IMG/VR virus record: IMGVR_UViG_3300047444_000174
Origin: an uncultured virus (IMG/VR IMGVR_UViG_3300047444_000174)
Lineage: Duplodnaviria; Heunggongvirae; Uroviricota; Caudoviricetes
DNA: 64,000 bases
Reading direction: 5' to 3' (one strand)
The translations under genes and the position numbers were made by a program. The notes under the pieces are model-generated. The model had not been told where the DNA came from. It did not search any database and saw only the letters and a program-made list of their open reading frames with translations. Below are positions 56,270-64,000 of the stretch, in pieces (the first letter of the stretch is position 1; each line of letters begins with the position of its first letter).

Positions 56270-56464
56270 ATGGGTAAATTTGCAAATCAATCGGCCTACC
56301 GCGAATTCGAGCGCCAACAGAACCGCAAGCAAGACGCCTACTTCGAACCTGACGCTGAGCCAACCGACGAGGATCTCGCATCGCAGCATGACGACGATTA
56401 CTGGCGGCGGCTGGATGCGGGGGCGCGGCGGCATGTGTGGGGCGAGATGGGGAGGATGGGATGA
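56270..56464 (+). CDS. Hypothetical protein
   Basis: GAGG RBS; coupled to next ORF. Confidence 0.5.
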   Translation: MGKFANQSAYREFERQQNRKQDAYFEPDAEPTDEDLASQHDDDYWRRLDAGARRHVWGEMGRMG

Positions 56465-56754
56465 ACGACTGGAACAACTTCAAGGCGTCATTCGCACAGA
56501 AGTGCAACGATGCGGAGCCTGCAATGAGCGAGATCAAAGACGGTGGACCGGCGTTTCCCGGTCCGGACCAAGCTGAGCAAACGGTCGACATCAACGAAGG
56601 CATGACGCTGCGCGACTACTTCGCAGCGAAGGCGATGCAGGCCGTCGTACTGAAGCAGAACGAATTGCACGACATCCAGGCGATGTACGACCGATTAGCG
56701 CTGCATGCGTACAAGGTAGCCGATGCGATGCTGAAGGCTAGAGGTGAATCATGA
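56461..56754 (+). CDS. Conserved phage protein (GGPAFP / GMTLRDYFAA family)
   Basis: GGPAFP, GMTLRDYFAAKAMQ, AY..ADAML.AR. Confidence 0.8.
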   Translation: MNDWNNFKASFAQKCNDAEPAMSEIKDGGPAFPGPDQAEQTVDINEGMTLRDYFAAKAMQAVVLKQNELHDIQAMYDRLALHAYKVADAMLKARGES

Positions 56755-56939
56755 GCCTGACCTACTTTCGCACTGAAGACGCGATCGTGACTATCTCCGA
56801 CATCGCTCGCCAGAAACTCGCCACCGAGCAGCGCGACATTCGCCACGATCAGCAGAGGGCGGAGATATTGACGTGGGGCTTGGCTATCTCGGTCGCAATC
56901 ATTGCGGCGGTGGTTATCAAATATTTGATGGGCGGTTAG
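56751..56939 (+). CDS. Small C-terminal TM protein
   Basis: Coupled ORF. Confidence 0.55.
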   Translation: MSLTYFRTEDAIVTISDIARQKLATEQRDIRHDQQRAEILTWGLAISVAIIAAVVIKYLMGG

Positions 56940-57200
56940 ATGGAAGGACTGACTCTCGACGACCTGAAAATGCTTCGCCACATGCTCGGCATGACGTATC
57001 TACCTCGTGACTGGGGATTCCGCAACTACTACGCGACCAGCGGCGGCAGTGCGATGGAGGCGCTAGATCGCCTCGCGACGCTAGGCTACGTAGTGAAGGG
57101 CCACACCAGCGACAGCATGCATTACTACCACGCAACCGAGGCCGGGTGCATAGCCGCCGGGTTGAACGAAAAGCAAATCAAACGTGCTTTCGAGGATTGA
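56940..57200 (+). CDS. Hypothetical winged-helix-like protein
   Basis: H.LG...RN.Y...L...G...T..G. Confidence 0.65.
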   Translation: MEGLTLDDLKMLRHMLGMTYLPRDWGFRNYYATSGGSAMEALDRLATLGYVVKGHTSDSMHYYHATEAGCIAAGLNEKQIKRAFED

Positions 57201-57201
57201 A

Positions 57202-57387
57202 ATGAACATTCCGAAAATGACCGATCTGCGCCATGTCGACACCGGCCTGACCGCCGAACAGCGCCTGGGCGCTCTGAACGAATCGAAGGCCATGAAGGCT
57301 ATCAAGTCGCTCGGGAATCGCTGGCTTTTGGCGAAGGACTACGACGGCCACTATCAGCCGGAGTTGCATGCGCGGGGTGCTGCATGA
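57202..57387 (+). CDS. Hypothetical protein
   Basis: LG.RWLLA motif; coupled ORF. Confidence 0.6.
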   Translation: MNIPKMTDLRHVDTGLTAEQRLGALNESKAMKAIKSLGNRWLLAKDYDGHYQPELHARGAA

Positions 57388-57701
57388 AGAAGCGCTACCA
57401 GTTGGAGTATTCCGGCTCAAGCCGCATGGTTATCGAGATTGACGACGTCGTTTTCACTGACGCGCATTTCAAGGAGTGCAGTGATTTCTGGTCCAACAAG
57501 CCGAATTTCAAAGACTGGCTTGGGATGGTCTATCTGATCGCTCTGCGCGAAAGCATCGCTTCGTGGAACTCGACGGCCAGTCTACGCGAGGGGAAGGAAG
57601 AGGGATTCCCGAAGATGGACGGCAGCGAGGGAATCACGATCATCAGTTTCGACGATTTCGAGTTTGACGACTTCGAGATTGAGTGCCGGGAGGTGACATG
57701 A
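57384..57701 (+). CDS. DUF2528-like acidic phage protein
   Basis: EID...FWS...EG.P.MDGS.GI.I. Confidence 0.7.
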   Translation: MKKRYQLEYSGSSRMVIEIDDVVFTDAHFKECSDFWSNKPNFKDWLGMVYLIALRESIASWNSTASLREGKEEGFPKMDGSEGITIISFDDFEFDDFEIECREVT

Positions 57702-57889
57702 CCCGCTACGACAACGCTCTTCACGTCATGGAGCTGCAAGGCGGCTCGTTCGTGAAGTCACTGGCCAACTGCTACCTCATGGCCGATCCATTCAACAAAG
57801 CAAAGCTGCGCGAAACGTTCGCCGGGTACTTCGATGTGTATGAGGCGAGGTTCGAGCAGTGGAAGGAACAACATAAGGAGGCTGCGTGA
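57698..57889 (+). CDS. Hypothetical protein
   Basis: GGSFVKSLA...AD..N..KL...F. Confidence 0.65.
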   Translation: MTRYDNALHVMELQGGSFVKSLANCYLMADPFNKAKLRETFAGYFDVYEARFEQWKEQHKEAA

Positions 57890-58353
57890 GAGAAATCCCG
57901 CTTACGCGAGGCTTGGTGGCCTTGGTTGACGACGCGGATTATGAGGAATTGGCGAAGCACAAGTGGTTTTGTGATAGCCGCGGATACGTGGCGCGGAAGG
58001 TTCCCCATCCTCTCAAGCGCCAGGTAACCGAGCTAATGCATCGCGTAATTCTGGGCCTGGAATATGGCGATCCTCGGCAAGGAGACCACAGGAATCGCAA
58101 TCGACTGGACAATCAAAGGTCCAATCTTCGGCTTGCGAGCAATGGAGAAAACCAGCGCAATAAAGGCGACTATGCAACAAACACATCGGGGGTTAGGGGC
58201 GTGTATTGGTACAAACCAACCCAGCGATGGAAGGCGCAAATTAATGTAGATGGAAAGAAAAAGCACCTTGGGTATTTCCAGTCCATTGATGACGCATCAG
58301 AGGCATATAAACAGGCTGTACGCCAACTGCATGGCGAATTTGGCGCCGTTTAG
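57886..58353 (+). CDS. HNH-AP2 homing endonuclease
   Basis: MHR.I, DHRNRNRLDN.R.NLR, NTSG.RGV, LG.F...A..AY. Confidence 0.9.
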   Translation: MREIPLTRGLVALVDDADYEELAKHKWFCDSRGYVARKVPHPLKRQVTELMHRVILGLEYGDPRQGDHRNRNRLDNQRSNLRLASNGENQRNKGDYATNTSGVRGVYWYKPTQRWKAQINVDGKKKHLGYFQSIDDASEAYKQAVRQLHGEFGAV

Positions 58354-58362
58354 GGGAATATT

Positions 58363-59565
58363 ATGAAAACCGAAATCGCGGTTGCTGAGCAGCCGCAACA
58401 ACTGATCACAATCGAGCCGACAAGGTACGTCGAGTTGGTTTTCGAACCGTTCGCCAAGCGCCTTGCGAATGCGAAGACGCTTGCCGAGGCCGCGGAGTTC
58501 GACGTGACGACGACAGCAGGCATGGCGGTCGCCGTGAAGCACCGCGCAACGTTCCGCGACATTCGTGTCGCCAGCGAGAAGGCTCGCAAGGAGCGTAAGG
58601 CTCCGATTCTGGAAATCGGCAAGTTGCTGGATAGCCGCCAGAAGGAAATCGAGGCGGAGATAGAGCCCTTCGAATCTCGCTTCGACGCTGCGATCAAGGC
58701 CGAGGAAAAGCGCAAGGACGACGAGAAGATCGCGAAGGCTTTGGCTGAGTCGGCGCGCATCACGGCGATCCGCAAACGCATCGCCGAAACGCAGGCGATC
58801 CCCGCGATGCTGGTCGGCAAGTCGTCCGAGACCATTGCCGCCGCGATTGAAAGTCTGGAGGCGGTGGAGATCACGCTGGAGACTCACGCTGAGTTTGCCG
58901 GTGAAGGCGAAGTCGCGAAACTCGCCACCATCCACAAGCTGTGGGAAATGTTCAAGGCGCAGCAGGATCATGAGGCGCAGCAAGTCCGTATCGCTGCTGA
59001 ACGTGAGGCGCTTGAGAGGCAGCGTGCGGAGTTGGCGGAGCAGGAACGCCAAGCCGCAGCAGCCCGAGCAGAGCAGGAAGCACGAGACCGGGCAGAACGT
59101 GAGCGGGTCGAGGCTGAGCAGCGGGCGGCGCAGGAGCGGGCGGCGGCAGCAATGCGTGCCGAGCAGGCAGCGCATCAAGCAAGGATGGCGGCGCAGCAGG
59201 CGGAATTGGATCGGCAGCAGGCCGAAATCGCCGCCGAACGCCAACGCCAGGCCGACGAAGCGGCGCGCGCCGAGCGGGAGAAGCAGGAAGAGATTGCAGC
59301 GGAGGCCGAGCGAGTTGCGGCGGAAGAGCGGCGGAAGCGGGAAGAAGCTGAGGCGGCGGCTCGCGCGGAAGAGGAACGCATTCAAGCGGAGAAGGATGCC
59401 GCAGAGGCGGAACGTCAGCGCCGTGAGCGCGTGGAATTTGAGAAGAATGGGCCGGCGGACGTCGAGATCGTTGCCGTACTGGCCGACCACTACGAAGTAA
59501 GTCCTGACGTGGCGCGCGCTTGGCTTGGCCGTCACATGTGGGCATTGATGGAGAAGGCGGCATGA
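58363..59565 (+). CDS. Long Ala/Glu/Arg coiled-coil protein
   Basis: Heptad-rich; precedes recombination genes. Confidence 0.8.
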   Translation: MKTEIAVAEQPQQLITIEPTRYVELVFEPFAKRLANAKTLAEAAEFDVTTTAGMAVAVKHRATFRDIRVASEKARKERKAPILEIGKLLDSRQKEIEAEIEPFESRFDAAIKAEEKRKDDEKIAKALAESARITAIRKRIAETQAIPAMLVGKSSETIAAAIESLEAVEITLETHAEFAGEGEVAKLATIHKLWEMFKAQQDHEAQQVRIAAEREALERQRAELAEQERQAAAARAEQEARDRAERERVEAEQRAAQERAAAAMRAEQAAHQARMAAQQAELDRQQAEIAAERQRQADEAARAEREKQEEIAAEAERVAAEERRKREEAEAAARAEEERIQAEKDAAEAERQRRERVEFEKNGPADVEIVAVLADHYEVSPDVARAWLGRHMWALMEKAA

Positions 59566-59765
59566 GCGAAGCAGTCGAGATTTTCGGCGCCATTAAGGAC
59601 CACAAGAAGGCGCTGCGAGCGAAGTTCGGAATCAACTGTCCGCAGTGCGCAATCAAACGCCCGAAAGCGCATCCGACGATCCTTCTGCCCCAGCAACGTT
59701 GCCGGGTGGATGGATATGTTGATCCGCGCCCGGAACTCACGCAAGAAGAATGGAGTTCGGTATGA
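59562..59765 (+). CDS. Small Zn-binding protein
   Basis: CPQC...C; coupled ORF. Confidence 0.65.
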   Translation: MSEAVEIFGAIKDHKKALRAKFGINCPQCAIKRPKAHPTILLPQQRCRVDGYVDPRPELTQEEWSSV

Positions 59766-60781
59766 GTAACGCCGTCGCATTAATCACGGACGAGATTTAC
59801 GGTGTCCGCGCCAGCTTCGAGGCCGTAAGCGTCGATCGATCGATTAACTTCGAGCGCGAGGCTGGCTTTGCTATTCAGATGATCACCGCCAGCGACTACG
59901 CCCTCGGCGTTGCAATGGGCAACAAGCAGTCGGTCATCGATGCCGTCACGAATGTGGCCGCCATCGGGATCAGCCTGAATCCTGCCAAGAAGCAAGCGTA
60001 CCTAGTCCCCCGAAAGAACAAGATTTGTCTGGACCTTTCGTACATGGGCCTGATCGACCTCGCCATTCAGGAGGGCGGCATCAAGTGGGCGCAGGCCCAA
60101 CTGGTCTACGAGAAAGATACGTTCGCGCTTAACGGCATGGACAAGATGCCGCTACACCAGTTCAACCCGTTTGGAAAGGACCGCGGCGAGATCGTGGGCG
60201 TTTATGTGGTCGTGAAGACAGCGGACGGAGAATACTTGACGCACACGATGACCATTGCCGACGCCTATGCAATCCGCGACAGATCGGACTCTTGGAAGAA
60301 GCAGCAACCCGGCAAGCGCGGTCCGTGGGAAAGCGACCCTGGCGAGATGATCAAGAAGACGTGCGTCAAGCAGGCGTCGAAGTACTGGCCCAAGACGGAT
60401 CGTCTGGACAAGGCGATCCACTATCTGAACACGGACGGCGGGGAGGGTCTAGCGGAATTGCGACCACAGGCGCCAGGAGGTTGTGCGCCAGATGTGCTGA
60501 CGGCGTGGTGCAACAAGGCGAAAGAAGCGCCGAGTGAAGCAGCGCTGCAAACGGTATGGGAAGGCGGCCTCGCGATCATCAATGCCAGTGGCGACCGCGC
60601 TGCGTACAACACGTTCAAGGCGACCGTGAAGAACCGTAAGGACGAGCTAACAAAGGTTCCGAACGACGGTAAGACGATCGACATGCCGCCCGCCGCACCT
60701 CAGCGCGAACCGGGTTCCGATGATGCCGATTTTCAAGCTGACTTTCAACGTCAGATGGCCAAAGAAGGAGCCGCGCAATGA
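59762..60781 (+). CDS. recT: RecT/Redbeta-family single-strand annealing protein
   Basis: GISLNP...AYLVP, SY.GL..LA, PW.....EM..KT..K.A.KYWP. Confidence 0.9.
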   Translation: MSNAVALITDEIYGVRASFEAVSVDRSINFEREAGFAIQMITASDYALGVAMGNKQSVIDAVTNVAAIGISLNPAKKQAYLVPRKNKICLDLSYMGLIDLAIQEGGIKWAQAQLVYEKDTFALNGMDKMPLHQFNPFGKDRGEIVGVYVVVKTADGEYLTHTMTIADAYAIRDRSDSWKKQQPGKRGPWESDPGEMIKKTCVKQASKYWPKTDRLDKAIHYLNTDGGEGLAELRPQAPGGCAPDVLTAWCNKAKEAPSEAALQTVWEGGLAIINASGDRAAYNTFKATVKNRKDELTKVPNDGKTIDMPPAAPQREPGSDDADFQADFQRQMAKEGAAQ

Positions 60782-61425
60782 TTCCGTACATCCTATCTGA
60801 TCATGCCCAGGGCACCCCGGAGTGGAAAGCAGATCGTGCCGGTCGAGCGACCGGCTCCAAGGCATCCGCGGTACAAGCCAAGGGGAAGAGCGGCGCAGAG
60901 GCAGCTACGCGCGCCGACTACCGCGTTCAACTCTCATTGGAGCGCTTGCTGGGTGAGCCGTGCGACGACGAATTCACGTCGCGCGACATTCAGAACGGTA
61001 TTGAGCGCGAGCCATTCGCCCGCATGGCTTTCGAGGCCCGAACCGGGTTGTTCGTCCAGGAGGCAGGCTTCGCTTACTGGGAAAAGCTAATGGTGGGCTG
61101 CAGTGTTGATGGATTCTCGGAAGAGGGTCAACGACGCGGCTTTGCCGAAATCAAATGCCCCAAGAGCAAAACGCATCTTGAGTATCTGACCGGTAACCGA
61201 CTACCTCCGGTCTATCGACCGCAGGTATTGCACAACTTCCTTGTGACGGGCTGCGACTACGCAGACTTCATTTCCTTCGATCCGAAGATGCCCGAGAAAC
61301 TTCAACTGTTCGTGTTTAGGGTTGAGCGTGACGAGGATGAAATCCGCGAATACGAAGTTCAGTTGCGTCAGTTTCTGATGGAAGTCGATGCGACGCACAA
61401 GCAACTGGCTTTGATGGCCGCCTAA
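60778..61425 (+). CDS. YqaJ/lambda-exonuclease family
   Basis: QGT.EW...R, G.EREP.AR, S.DG, EIKCP, Y..Q. Confidence 0.9.
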   Translation: MIPYILSDHAQGTPEWKADRAGRATGSKASAVQAKGKSGAEAATRADYRVQLSLERLLGEPCDDEFTSRDIQNGIEREPFARMAFEARTGLFVQEAGFAYWEKLMVGCSVDGFSEEGQRRGFAEIKCPKSKTHLEYLTGNRLPPVYRPQVLHNFLVTGCDYADFISFDPKMPEKLQLFVFRVERDEDEIREYEVQLRQFLMEVDATHKQLALMAA

Positions 61426-61548
61426 CCCCTCACGCGCCCGCAGCATCAGATGAAGCCACCGGCGTGAATCTCTGAGTAAGTCTGTTGGTGCGCCCCTCGC
61501 ATCAATTCCCCGGGCGTTATTGGTCCTCCGCTTGGGGGCGTGTGTTTG

Positions 61549-61571
61549 GCCCGCTTCGGCGGGGCTTTTTT
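61549..61571 (+). terminator. Rho-independent terminator
   Basis: CCCGC-TTCG-GCGGG hairpin followed by T6. Confidence 0.7.
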
Positions 61572-61583
61572 ATGAGAGACATC

Positions 61584-62000
61584 ATGAATGCAAAAGAACT
61601 TGCTGCCCAACTGAACAGCATCCAGTACCCGGTTCGCATCCCGAAAACGCTCACCGATGCAGCAAAGGCTGACGGACTTGTCATTGTTTACGGCGCCAGC
61701 GACGACTTGATGGAGTTCGAAGGAGCAATTTATGGCGAGGTCGGTGTGTATGACGGCGGAACGGCTTTCGTCGACGCGAAAGGCCTGTTGCCCGATCGGG
61801 ACAGCATTGAGGACGACGACGACTTGAAAGACTATTTTGCACGCCAGCCCAATGCCAAGCCGATTGAGGCGCAGTGGTCAGAAGGTGCGTACTCGTGGAT
61901 GTACAAGACCGAGATACCTCACGAAACGTTTGAGGTGTTAGAGGACGGTGAGCCACCGTATTGCCGCGGCATCGTGTTCGCGCTAGCCGACGTCAAGTAG
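61584..62000 (+). CDS. Conserved acidic phage protein
   Basis: GLVIVYGASDDLMEF.GA, W.Y.T.IPH.TF, YCRGIVF. Confidence 0.8.
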   Translation: MNAKELAAQLNSIQYPVRIPKTLTDAAKADGLVIVYGASDDLMEFEGAIYGEVGVYDGGTAFVDAKGLLPDRDSIEDDDDLKDYFARQPNAKPIEAQWSEGAYSWMYKTEIPHETFEVLEDGEPPYCRGIVFALADVK

Positions 62001-62056
62001 GCATATCTGCCACCCGAATAAACGGCGTTTATGCGCCATTTGATAGAGCTGGAGCT

Positions 62057-62401
62057 ATGAACATCTACCGCTATCAGTTTGTCAGTCACTGTCCGAACAA
62101 CGACCGTCCGATCATTTACTCACTGGAGATCGAGACGGATTCGGCGATTCAGGTCGAGCATATCGTCACTGCCTGTTCACTGCACAGGCGTGCATTTCAC
62201 GAGGCCATCGCGGACGAGTTGCATCAGCGGTTCAATGGGCGGCACGTCCTGAAAGCTCATCACCATGGTGTAGATATTGAAACTCGACGAGGCTTTGATG
62301 ACCCGAGTCACGGTCGGCTGATGCAGCGCGTTCAAATTGGCACGACCGTCTACGAGAAGGGTGTCGAAGCCATTCGCGCAATTAAAGCCATTTCACACTA
62401 A
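62057..62401 (+). CDS. QueF-like T-fold protein
   Basis: F.S.CP.N...I.Y.LEI, FHE.IAD.L, H.GV.I.T.R resemble QueF CP and HE motifs. Confidence 0.6.
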   Translation: MNIYRYQFVSHCPNNDRPIIYSLEIETDSAIQVEHIVTACSLHRRAFHEAIADELHQRFNGRHVLKAHHHGVDIETRRGFDDPSHGRLMQRVQIGTTVYEKGVEAIRAIKAISH

Positions 62402-62410
62402 GGAGATTTC

Positions 62411-62782
62411 ATGCTCGTTTATCTTTGCGGTCCCATCAATGGTTGCACCGATGCCGAATGCAACGACTGGCGCTCGTATGCGAAAAGCCGCTTGTCCGAC
62501 ACGCTGGACCCGATGCGCCGCGACTACCGCGGACGCGAAGCGGAGTCCGTCAATGAAATAGTCGAACTAGACAAGATCGATGTGCAGGAATGCGATGTCG
62601 TAATCGCGAACTGCCCGAAACCCAGCGTCGGCACCAGCATGGAAGTGTTCTATGCATGGGAATTGGGCAAGAAAATTGCCGCAATCGCACCAGAGCCGGT
62701 GAGCCCATGGCTGCGCTATCACAGCACCCGGGTGTTCGGAACGATCAAAGAAGCAATTGACTGGATCGAGGCGCTTGCATGA
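62411..62782 (+). CDS. Nucleoside 2-deoxyribosyltransferase-like protein
   Basis: VYL.GP, D...V.ECDVVIA, SVGT.ME..YA..LGK. Confidence 0.82.
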   Translation: MLVYLCGPINGCTDAECNDWRSYAKSRLSDTLDPMRRDYRGREAESVNEIVELDKIDVQECDVVIANCPKPSVGTSMEVFYAWELGKKIAAIAPEPVSPWLRYHSTRVFGTIKEAIDWIEALA

Positions 62783-63537
62783 TTCCGTATCATGGGTTGC
62801 CAATCACGCCAGCAACTGCCGCCGCGCGAGCCATCTCCGGCGGGCATGCGTTCATCTCGTTTCGCCACCCGGACCAATTATCGCTTGCTCTTGATATTGC
62901 TCAGTCGTTCGCGGTGGACAACGGAGCTTTTTCAGCATGGCGAAGCGGCAACCCTGTTACGGACTGGAGTCGGTATTACGAGTGGGTGGCAGAGCTTCAC
63001 CGCTACCCACCGTTCGATTTTGCAGTTATTCCCGATGTCATCGACGGGGACGAGGCCGCAAACGATGCGCTTATCACCGAATGGCCGTGGCGCGAACACG
63101 CTCCTTGGGTGGGCGCCCCGGTGTGGCACTTACATGAAAGCCTTGAACGCCTGCAACGACTGGCGATGGAATGGCCGCGCATCTGTCTCGGCAGTTCTGG
63201 GGAATTCGCTACGGTCGGGTCGACATCTTGGTACATGCGAATGGCGGAGGCAATGGATGTCATTTGTGATCGAGACGGACGGCCAGTGTGCAAGATTCAT
63301 GGTTTGCGCATGCTGAACCCGGACATCTTCACCCGCTTCCCCTTCGCCAGCGTCGATAGCACCAACATCGGCCAGAACATCGGAATCGACTCGGCATGGC
63401 GCGGCACTTATCCGCCGGCGACGAAAGAGTCACGCGCGATGGTGATGCGCGAGCGGATCGAGAAAGAGCAGTCGCCGATCTTTTGGGATCGATCCGCTGC
63501 GCCGATTCAGGCCGGGCTAGACCTGTTCGCCGCCTAA
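62779..63537 (+). CDS. TGT/DpdA-like guanine transglycosylase-fold protein
   Basis: VDNGAF, IPDVI, PVWH, LGS, IHGL and SVDST align with TGT-family DSGGF/D/PV/GG/H.LG/catalytic D. Confidence 0.7.
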   Translation: MIPYHGLPITPATAAARAISGGHAFISFRHPDQLSLALDIAQSFAVDNGAFSAWRSGNPVTDWSRYYEWVAELHRYPPFDFAVIPDVIDGDEAANDALITEWPWREHAPWVGAPVWHLHESLERLQRLAMEWPRICLGSSGEFATVGSTSWYMRMAEAMDVICDRDGRPVCKIHGLRMLNPDIFTRFPFASVDSTNIGQNIGIDSAWRGTYPPATKESRAMVMRERIEKEQSPIFWDRSAAPIQAGLDLFAA

Positions 63538-63584
63538 CCCCATCCGCGCAGCGCGCGAAGCAATCGAACAAGGAGTGAGAGACC

Positions 63585-64000
63585 ATGAGCAATGAAGACG
63601 CAGTGCCGAAAGACGATCAACAGCAAACATTCGGCCCAAATTCTGAACCGCACGGCTGGGCGGTTATGGAAGTGCTCACACGCGATATGTACGGCGCGCT
63701 TCGGAGTCGCACGACGATTCGCGCGAAAGATGGCTTCCTCGACATGGCAATTGAAGAATACGTCGGGACGCAGGGTCGTGCAAAGCGTACAGACGTGCGT
63801 CTGCACGGCGAAGCGCTCGAAGTATTGCGCTCGATTCTCACCCGGCCGGTCGCCGCACCCGTCGCCCCCACCGCCGAGCAGGCAGAGGGAGTGCTGGTGG
63901 ATGCGGATCGGTATCAGTGGCTGCGCCGCCGCGCCGTGATGGTCGATTACAGCGACGAGACCGTTACCAAGTTGACGCTTTTCAAAAACGAAGGCCCGAC
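63585..64000 (+). CDS. Early hypothetical protein, truncated by window end
   Basis: AGGAG RBS; frame open to the end; DADRYQWLR motif. Confidence 0.65.
   Translation, partial: MSNEDAVPKDDQQQTFGPNSEPHGWAVMEVLTRDMYGALRSRTTIRAKDGFLDMAIEEYVGTQGRAKRTDVRLHGEALEVLRSILTRPVAAPVAPTAEQAEGVLVDADRYQWLRRRAVMVDYSDETVTKLTLFKNEGP

Larger units (their letters stand above)
1..64000. mobile_element. Temperate myovirus-type phage genome, circularly permuted/excised form, nearly complete
   Basis: Integrase/xis, cI/cro, terminase, portal, capsid, sheath, baseplate and lysis genes are all present; phage genes flank the att region on both sides; both window ends are in + strand early genes. Confidence 0.95.

Noticed and set aside
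58297..59740. Long minus-strand ORFs (412 and 262 aa)
   Set aside because: Antisense shadows of the repetitive coiled-coil gene.
61430..61545. Possible structured RNA between the exonuclease and terminator
   Set aside because: Only short, imperfect stems by eye; not distinguishable from chance in GC-rich DNA.

Overview
The window is almost the whole circularly permuted genome of one temperate, contractile-tailed phage in its excised form. It starts and ends inside the same early-left operon, and an intact attP lies between the integrase and an SRAP gene. The host is probably a beta-proteobacterium (Burkholderiaceae-like); this is inferred, not shown. Gene order: early genes, xis, int, attP (1-4.1 kb); a LexA-controlled accessory block (4.1-6 kb); a minus-strand late operon (41-6 kb: terminase, DUF1073 portal, DUF2213 protease/scaffold, DUF2184 capsid, DUF3383 sheath, baseplate, fibres, lysis, a second fibre-like module, papain-like protease); Q/nin/replication genes (41-51 kb); a cro/cI switch (51.4-53.7 kb); and the pL operon (53.7-64 kb) with RecT/YqaJ. 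The most notable signals are: (1) a complete type II hammerhead ribozyme heading about 0.9 kb of tandem, long-helix RNA domains in the pL transcript, with related domains and a tRNA-like RNA elsewhere; (2) a QueF-like + nucleoside-deoxyribosyltransferase-like + TGT/DpdA-like operon, suggesting a minimal base-exchange (7-deazaguanine) system; (3) an attP carrying a replacement 3' half of a 2Fe-2S ferredoxin gene; (4) a C5 methyltransferase split over two fully overlapping reading frames; (5) fibre/tailspike-like proteins with Sec-type signal peptides. All protein calls come from motif recognition and synteny by eye; no searches or folding programs were run.
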